Source of the DNA: Candidatus Jordarchaeia archaeon
GTDB lineage: Archaea > Asgardarchaeota > Jordiarchaeia > Jordiarchaeales > Jordiarchaeaceae
Length of the DNA stretch: 11,460 bases
Direction: 5' to 3'
Assembly (NCBI GenBank): GCA_029856435.1
Contig: JAHQXB010000077.1
Span: 1-11,460 of the forward strand
This document shows positions 5,874-11,460 of this stretch, piece by piece. Position numbers and translations under genes: made by a program. The first letter of the stretch is position 1; each line of letters begins with the position of its first letter. Below the pieces are notes generated by a model. The model was not told the origin of the DNA and did not search any database. It worked only from the letters and a program-made list of their open reading frames with translations.

Positions 5874-7988
5874 TCAGAGTTCTGAGTACATTGTGGCTGA
5901 GGTGCAGTTTTCAATCTTTACCTCTATTCCCTTCTCAATTAGGGAGTACATTCTCTTTTTGTATTTCTGATATTCGTCCAGGGTCATGAGAATGATGTGT
6001 TCGCCCTCTTCTGTTGCGTGGAAAAGTCTTCCCGCCCTTTGAGCCTCCTGTCTCCGGGAACCGAATAAGTAATCATATTCTATTACGCGTTGTATTTCTG
6101 GTAGACTGACTCCCTCGTCGCCCACCCGGCTTAGTATGACGAATCCATCTTTTTTCAGTGCTTTTCGCAGGGTTTCTAGGCGGTTTTTGGTTTCCCCATT
6201 AATGAAGGTCCCACCGAATCTTTCAGCTAGTTTTTTTCCCTCTTGGAGGTTGTCGCAGTACACCAGTGTGGTGCCTGGCTCCGCCATGAGACTGTCTAAT
6301 TTTGCCAACTTCTGGCTTTCCCCACTAACAAGTATTAATTTTACAGAGGGCTTCCTAATCAATCCCTTCTGGAAAAAGTAGCTCCAAGACACACCAACAG
6401 GGTATCCTGTCAAAGCGAATATTAGTTCGGATCGGCCGTCCTCCCTGTAGGGACTGCCGGAATTATGGCAGAAGATGTTGTTACCTAGGAAGTTTTCAGT
6501 CCCTGTTGTAAGGTCATAAACATAAGGTTCCTTTTGTAACTCCCTAATCTTCTCCACTTTAATGAATGAGAGTTCCGTATCGTCTATCCGTTCATAGCCA
6601 GAATCATAGTTGTGAAGTGTTTCATTCGATTTAGCTCCTAATCCTTCATCAAAACAGTTCAAAACATTATCTTCCAATTTGTCGATGGGCATCCTTTTTG
6701 GAGCTAACAGGTAATCCTCCACCGTTAAATCCTGGCAAGCCTTGGAGCAAATATTCAAGTTGTTTTTATCCCACACCAGTAAAGAGTGGTCACCAGTAAC
6801 TTTTATTCGCCCACCATTAGAGAGCTCAACTTCCAATAATTTCTTCTCACCCAGAGGATATCTGTGCACTGCATAAATAGGGGTCCAAAAAACCTTTCCA
6901 AAAGAGTCTACACCAACGGTTTCCAGTCCGCCGTTTAAGGCAGCCATTCCTGCTCTATCCCCAATTAACTCTTCTGCCAGATTTTCTATTTCCAAGAATT
7001 GAATTTTACCCGCCTTCCTTACGGGGACTACGGTATCCCCACTAACTGACAGCCCTATGGTGTATTTTCTCTTGAGAAAGCTGATTACGCTGAAAACATT
7101 ACTGGGGAGATGGTGCACCTCGTCGAAGACCACTAGGCTGTACTCCCTCTGCGCAGACTCTTTAACAGCGGAGTGATAGGTTACTATTTTTACCTCACCG
7201 GGGCTAAGGTTCAACTGGTTTTTTATGCGCTCCGCCCACTGCTCCCTCAGTGTAACCGTTGGTACCACTACTAGTTTTTTGCCCCTGATTTTTCCAATAG
7301 CGTATAGGCCTATCATACTTTTACCTGCGCCATAGGGGTAGAAGATGCCCAAATGGCTGTACTTCAGGAAGAGGTTCCAAGCCTCCTTTTGATAGTCCCT
7401 TAACTCAAACTTGGCTCTCTCCTCCCTAACCAAGTCAGCTGAATCCACAGGCTTGGGTCTAAAGGGCATAACACCATCCTTTAAAAGCTCAATAACCAGC
7501 GAGAACTTCTTTGTGGTTTTTATCTGGAAGGAGTTCCCGTCTATCTGTCGGCTGAAAAACGATTGATACTTTTTTCTGAATTTTTTGGGGTCGCCCTCCT
7601 CTAGCACCGCAATATTTCTATCTAGGTCTAGAGCCACCTTGAAATCGGGCAACTTAATGCCAAGCTCATCCTTGAGCACTTCTGGTAGGGGAGTAAGCCA
7701 GTCAACGTAGCGGTTGACTCTATAAACATTGTAGGACTCTGTTTGAAATTCCAGCCATCCTACTTCAAGGGGTATGAAGCGGGGTATGAAGAGACGCCAT
7801 TCCCCAGGCTTATAGGGAACAATAGCGTAAGGCTTCTTCACAAAGGCTAAAACCTCGTCACGTTTGATCTCACGCCACAGAGAAGCACTAAATTCCCTGC
7901 ATACTGCCTGCACCGTCTCTTTTTCCACTTCCTCCACTTGTCTTTTTAATTCGTCCAGCTGCATTTTTATTTCATTTAAGCCCCGCAC
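5874..7988 (-). CDS. SF2 DEAD/DEAH-box helicase, XPB/Rad25-like, intein-containing precursor
   Basis: ELRDYQKEA (Q motif), PYGAGKS (I), VVVPTVTL (Ia), DEVHH (II), GL|SGSPYREDG (III, after intein removal), SRVGDEGVSLP (V) and QRAGRL (VI). Likely start is GTG at 7988, with GAGGTG (8000-7995) 6 nt upstream; the ORF-track start at 7997 lies inside this RBS. Confidence 0.9.
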   Translation of the reverse strand: MRGLNEIKMQLDELKRQVEEVEKETVQAVCREFSASLWREIKRDEVLAFVKKPYAIVPYKPGEWRLFIPRFIPLEVGWLEFQTESYNVYRVNRYVDWLTPLPEVLKDELGIKLPDFKVALDLDRNIAVLEEGDPKKFRKKYQSFFSRQIDGNSFQIKTTKKFSLVIELLKDGVMPFRPKPVDSADLVREERAKFELRDYQKEAWNLFLKYSHLGIFYPYGAGKSMIGLYAIGKIRGKKLVVVPTVTLREQWAERIKNQLNLSPGEVKIVTYHSAVKESAQREYSLVVFDEVHHLPSNVFSVISFLKRKYTIGLSVSGDTVVPVRKAGKIQFLEIENLAEELIGDRAGMAALNGGLETVGVDSFGKVFWTPIYAVHRYPLGEKKLLEVELSNGGRIKVTGDHSLLVWDKNNLNICSKACQDLTVEDYLLAPKRMPIDKLEDNVLNCFDEGLGAKSNETLHNYDSGYERIDDTELSFIKVEKIRELQKEPYVYDLTTGTENFLGNNIFCHNSGSPYREDGRSELIFALTGYPVGVSWSYFFQKGLIRKPSVKLILVSGESQKLAKLDSLMAEPGTTLVYCDNLQEGKKLAERFGGTFINGETKNRLETLRKALKKDGFVILSRVGDEGVSLPEIQRVIEYDYLFGSRRQEAQRAGRLFHATEEGEHIILMTLDEYQKYKKRMYSLIEKGIEVKIENCTSATMYSEL
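6462..7049 (-). mobile_element. Mini-intein (196 aa, no homing endonuclease) in helicase motif III
   Basis: Block A SVSGDTVVPV (Ser1 = TCA at 7049-7047), block B RIKVTGDHSLLV (TxxH), block F YVYDLTTGTENFLGN, and block G CHN followed by +1 Ser. No LAGLIDADG motifs and too short to contain one. Confidence 0.93.
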
Positions 7989-8202
7989 GAGTAACACCTC
8001 TCATTTATAGACTTAAAAATTGAGACAATCTTCACATTTCGGATGCGCCCTTGTAGAAAACCAGCACTCTCCGGAATAAAGAAGGGTACGCCATCTCCCT
8101 CACAAGTCCAAAATATAATTTCTCACTTCAATATTTAAAACTAATCAATTCCTAGAGAATACACATTTACCTCAAAAAATTCTAGTTCTTAGCTAGCCAC
8201 AG

Positions 8203-8263
8203 GTTGAGAAGTTGACAGAAGCTCAACTATTTAAGAGGGAAATGGAAAAATTTATGGGAGGTG
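8203..8263 (+). promoter_or_regulatory. Candidate promoter of the 473-aa gene: inverted repeat, TATTTAAG (8228-8235) and RBS GGAGGTG (8257-8263)
   Basis: The RBS is 7 nt before the TTG at 8271. A TATA-like box lies about 22 nt upstream of the RBS, and AGTTGA-N7-TCAACT abuts the box. Confidence 0.45.
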
Positions 8264-8270
8264 TAACATT

Positions 8271-9692
8271 TTGGTTGTGACTATTCCACCAGATTTAAAG
8301 TTCTCTGACTCAATATACCTCCTCTTCGGCGCCTCCATACTAAAAGAGGACATCGTAACCTATCAGAAAATCCCTGGTTACTTGAGAGCCCTAATAAGCC
8401 TACTTAACGCCCTCCCCACCCTAGGAAAAAAGATTTACGCAGGACAATTGGTAAAAGCGCAGTACGGAAGAGACCCCGAAATAGTGAAAAGGTCAAAAAT
8501 AGACGATATCTTGGAGAGGGAATTCCTATACTATCACAGAGAGGTGCTTCAGGACAGGAAGGTGGACTCCATTTTTCTGGGAGCATCAAGTGGAGCTAGT
8601 TTGCATTTAGCAGACATAACTCATACCTTGATGCTTTTCTCGGGATTAAACATAACAGCAACTAGGAGGGGAGGAGACCCCGACGATGCAAAAGGATTCA
8701 TTGAATTTGGAAGAAACTTGATGAAGGACTTTCTGCCCAACAACCCGAACCTGGAAATCGTTATCCACTTTGACCCAGTCCACGACAGAACCAATCTGCC
8801 CTATGTCTTCCACTTTAGATCCAAGTTCTGGCTTCCCAACGCTTACCGAAAATTCATAAAAGAACACCTCAAAAAAGGGGGAGACCTCGTTGTTTTCGAT
8901 GTCCAGGAACCGTGGCTGCACTACAAGCTTGACGAGAGATTCTACTATCAGTGCGGTGGGCTGGACGATTTGACGCCCGAAGAATATGCTTACGGCTCCG
9001 AGAGAATAGATTCCTGGCTTGAAGAATTGGGGGCAAACCACAGAGGAGGCTGGGGACTGGAAGGAGAAAAACCATTAAAGAGATACGATAGCGAGTACGG
9101 AAACAGCCCCGGAATGGTGACAGCGGTAAAAGAATTCGCCGAAGAGCAAGGATACAATTTTACCCACATTAAGGCAGACCGGGCTCACGACCTAAGCTTT
9201 ATGACCACTTACCTTGTAAATCAGGCAATGGTTGAAAAGGGAATAAAGCCCAGAGGAATAATCGTTGAACAATACACCCAGCTCGTTCCACTCACGGTGA
9301 GAAGATTGGGACTCCTCCCAGTCTGGACATACTACGTTCTACGCGCATCATTCAACGACACCAAGAAGATGTTGGACAGAGTTTTCAAAGATTACCTAGA
9401 CGAAGCAGAGGAACTAGTTTTCCTTCCCACTCAACCATATAATCCCGGGCCCAGAGGGGACTTCGTCACCTGTGAAGAGTGGTACGAATTATTCCAGTCC
9501 TATCCGGTAAGAAAATTCACTTCCTATACTAATCCCAAACTTTACCCCATAGATTTACCCTCAGTAGTTCTGGGACCCCTAAACTTGCACAAAAGATGCC
9601 TAAAGGAAAAAGATCTGGGACTCAAAATCAGTATGGAAGACATTAAAAACGCCTGCAAAAAGTTCGGATTAACCTACAGCACATCAGCATAA
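8271..9692 (+). CDS. Uncharacterised protein with a GxSxG (alpha/beta-hydrolase-like) motif
   Basis: 473-aa ORF with strong RBS and TTG start. Motifs IFLGASSGASLHLA, HFDPVHDR, QCGGLDDLTPEEY and SEYG. No function can be assigned from the sequence alone. Confidence 0.8.
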   Translation: MVVTIPPDLKFSDSIYLLFGASILKEDIVTYQKIPGYLRALISLLNALPTLGKKIYAGQLVKAQYGRDPEIVKRSKIDDILEREFLYYHREVLQDRKVDSIFLGASSGASLHLADITHTLMLFSGLNITATRRGGDPDDAKGFIEFGRNLMKDFLPNNPNLEIVIHFDPVHDRTNLPYVFHFRSKFWLPNAYRKFIKEHLKKGGDLVVFDVQEPWLHYKLDERFYYQCGGLDDLTPEEYAYGSERIDSWLEELGANHRGGWGLEGEKPLKRYDSEYGNSPGMVTAVKEFAEEQGYNFTHIKADRAHDLSFMTTYLVNQAMVEKGIKPRGIIVEQYTQLVPLTVRRLGLLPVWTYYVLRASFNDTKKMLDRVFKDYLDEAEELVFLPTQPYNPGPRGDFVTCEEWYELFQSYPVRKFTSYTNPKLYPIDLPSVVLGPLNLHKRCLKEKDLGLKISMEDIKNACKKFGLTYSTSA

Positions 9693-9831
9693 AAAATTAA
9701 GCAGAAATTAGCCATCCTCAGGACAAAAAACTCTTATCCCCACCCCTTTTTTGTGGTGTATGAACCATGAATCTTTTTTTCGGGAGATATGGTGTTCACT
9801 ATGGCTGTCAGATTTGGTTCGGTGATGGGTT

Positions 9832-10998
9832 TTGGATACGCGTGAAAGGGTCTTACGTGCTTTAAATAGGGAGGAGCCGGATATGGTTCCCACTTTTGAG
9901 ATTGGCATAACAAACGACGGCATTTCAGAGAAAATAATGGGCATCAGCCTAACTAAGGGAACCTTGAGGGCGGCTTGGGATATGAGGCACAGGCCCTTCT
10001 GGAGATACTTTAGGAAAAGACGCACCATGAAGTATTCACCGGACCTTTACGCCAAGTCTGTCTTGCTCATGTCCAAAATCGGTTTTGACAGCTGTTCCTT
10101 GGGGGTTCTCCTCCAGTTCACTAAGTGCAAGTATCCCACATGGGACACCTACATAGACGAGTATGGAAGAAAATTTCAGCTCAAGGAATACAGTGGAACC
10201 GAGATGGGTTCCTACGTGGGGGGAGGCTTCAAATCCCCTGAAGACTACTACGCTTGGGGACCCATAGACCCTTACCATCCCATAAGGGAGAAAATCTACA
10301 AAAGAGCCCAAGAAGTTGCCGGCGACAAAATTTTCATAATGCCCGGAATAATGGGATTTTTCGAATCCACCTGGGAAATATTTGGGTTTGAAACCTTCTC
10401 CAAACTCTTCATCCAGAACCGAAAATTCATAGAGAGAGTTTTTGAAGACCACAAAAAATTAGCCATAGAAACCGCCAAATACATGATGGACCTGGGCGCC
10501 GAGGCACTGGTCCTATATGACGATTACGGCCACAAAAGCGGCCCCTTCATATCCCCCAAAGACTTTCGAAAACACATATACCCTTGCCTCAGAGAATTCA
10601 CACAAACCTGCCACAAACGGGGAGCCAAAGTCCTCCTACACAGCGACGGCAACCTCAACCAAATACTGGAAGACATTGTCAAAGCAGACATAGATGCGCT
10701 TCACCCTTGGGAGCCACAGGCAAACATGAACATAATAGAGGGAAAAAAGAAGTACGGCGACCAAATCTGCATAGTAGGCAACGTAGATCCCATGCACACC
10801 CTAAGCGAAGCCCCACCAGAAGCAGTGAGGGAGGAAGTACTCAAACTCCTAGAAAATGTGGCATCCGGAGGAGGATACATACTGAGTTCCGGACACAGCA
10901 TACACCCAAAGGTAAAATACGAAAACCTCATGGAAATGATAAAAACAGTACAAAAATACGGAAAGTACCCCATCCAAATCCCAGAAAAACAAGTCTGA
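9832..10998 (+). CDS. Uroporphyrinogen decarboxylase / MtaA-CmuA methyltransferase superfamily protein
   Basis: 388 aa, TTG start with GGTGAT RBS. Motifs RERVLRALNREEPDMVP, DDYG...GPFISPKDF, LLHSDGN, HPWEP, GNVD and GGGYILSSGHSI. It lacks the HemE N-terminal RQAGR motif, so it is not a true HemE. Confidence 0.88.
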   Translation: MDTRERVLRALNREEPDMVPTFEIGITNDGISEKIMGISLTKGTLRAAWDMRHRPFWRYFRKRRTMKYSPDLYAKSVLLMSKIGFDSCSLGVLLQFTKCKYPTWDTYIDEYGRKFQLKEYSGTEMGSYVGGGFKSPEDYYAWGPIDPYHPIREKIYKRAQEVAGDKIFIMPGIMGFFESTWEIFGFETFSKLFIQNRKFIERVFEDHKKLAIETAKYMMDLGAEALVLYDDYGHKSGPFISPKDFRKHIYPCLREFTQTCHKRGAKVLLHSDGNLNQILEDIVKADIDALHPWEPQANMNIIEGKKKYGDQICIVGNVDPMHTLSEAPPEAVREEVLKLLENVASGGGYILSSGHSIHPKVKYENLMEMIKTVQKYGKYPIQIPEKQV

Positions 10999-11029
10999 AA
11001 ACATTTATGATTATCCCTCACTAACCGCA

Positions 11030-11085
11030 CTTATGAGAAGGCACTTCCCCCTTCGGAGGGTTCCAGATTAAGTGTTCTCCATAAG
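11030..11085. other. Long imperfect stem-loop between convergent genes
   Basis: CTTATG/CATAAG, AGAA/TTCT and CACTT/AAGTG give 15 bp with two bulges, enclosing an inner CCCT-TCGG-AGGG hairpin. Confidence 0.4.
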
Positions 11086-11270
11086 ACTCCAGAGCGGGTA
11101 AAGGGAATCGTTGCCTGTCCTTTTGCATATTTAACAAGTCAGATTTTATGAGGGAGCGTAATCCGCTTTTCTCATCCTCTTAATCTTTTTGGAACTCAAA
11201 CTTAGAAAATCCAAAAATTTTTTCTTCCCCTTCTTCGCTGGATTCCACCATTAGTCCCACAATTTTGCTG

Positions 11271-11380
11271 CTAAAGAATCCAACGGACGGAATCCCCTTC
11301 CTTGATCCCCCAAGGCATCCCTCACCTCGTCGGGTATACGAACCCTCCCTTTATTTAGAGTCAACTTTGGAACTCACCAA
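11271..11380 (-). pseudogene. Frameshifted AbrB/MazE/SpoVT-family DNA-binding protein (antitoxin-like)
   Basis: From TTG 11380 (GGTGG RBS upstream): MVSSKVDSK / GRVRIPDEVRDALG / IKEGDSVRWIL*, a clear AbrB signature once a TAAA duplication (11350-11357) and one extra G in the G5 run (11307-11311) are removed. It may continue as (PA)KKGKKKFLDFL...DYAPS* to 11146. Confidence 0.75.
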
Positions 11381-11460
11381 CTATTCCACCACAACAAGAG
11401 ATAAGACTGGGAATAATGAAATTTTCCAAATCCAATTAATAAGACACACATAATAAATTA

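Noticed and set aside
6530-6700. Possible homing endonuclease within the intein
   Set aside because: Only about 40-50 aa lie between the splicing halves and there is no LAGLIDADG or HNH motif.
6136-9075. ORFs 6136-6381, 8404-8589, 8646-9041 and 8869-9075
   Set aside because: Antisense shadows of the helicase and the 473-aa gene.
9708-11030. ORFs 9708-10028, 10036-10452, 10296-10484, 10584-11024 and 10701-11030
   Set aside because: Overlap the URO-D-like gene; their Q/H/R/T- or F/S-rich composition reflects the A/C-rich coding strand.
10996-11085. TGA stop plus downstream hairpin read as selenocysteine/SECIS recoding
   Set aside because: The TGA is at the natural end of the fold, read-through meets another TGA within four codons, and the hairpin lacks a clear SECIS core.
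11100-11126. Minus-strand peptide AKGQATIP resembling a second AbrB start
   Set aside because: Only 8 residues, no start codon in frame, and the following sequence does not continue the AbrB pattern.
11265-11453. 62-aa plus-strand ORF
   Set aside because: Antisense to the AbrB remnant, with no RBS or motifs.
1-11460. CRISPR array, tRNA or rRNA genes
   Set aside because: No regularly spaced repeats, cloverleaf or rRNA-like segments were seen by eye.

Overview
Archaeal-looking window (GAGGTG/GGTGAT ribosome-binding sites, TATA-like boxes, KaiC/V4R signalling protein; lineage such as Asgard or Bathyarchaeia is only a guess). Left end: the 3' end of a probable TnpB gene (+), followed tail-to-tail by a ~450-bp miniature IS200/IS605 element (-) that keeps both subterminal hairpins and a decayed tnpB tail. 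Then four minus-strand genes: an NfeD/ClpP-class membrane protease whose dyad Lys appears replaced by Arg; an ATPase-dead KaiC-like domain fused to V4R and a second V4R-like domain; a secernin-like C69 peptidase; and an XPB/Rad25-like SF2 helicase split in motif III by a 196-aa mini-intein. Divergent from these are a 473-aa uncharacterised protein with a GxSxG motif and a URO-D/MtaA-fold protein with a non-canonical metal site. The right end has a long hairpin and a frameshifted AbrB/MazE-type pseudogene (-) missed by the ORF track. No rRNA, tRNA or CRISPR array was seen. All family assignments rest on motif recognition by eye, with no database search.
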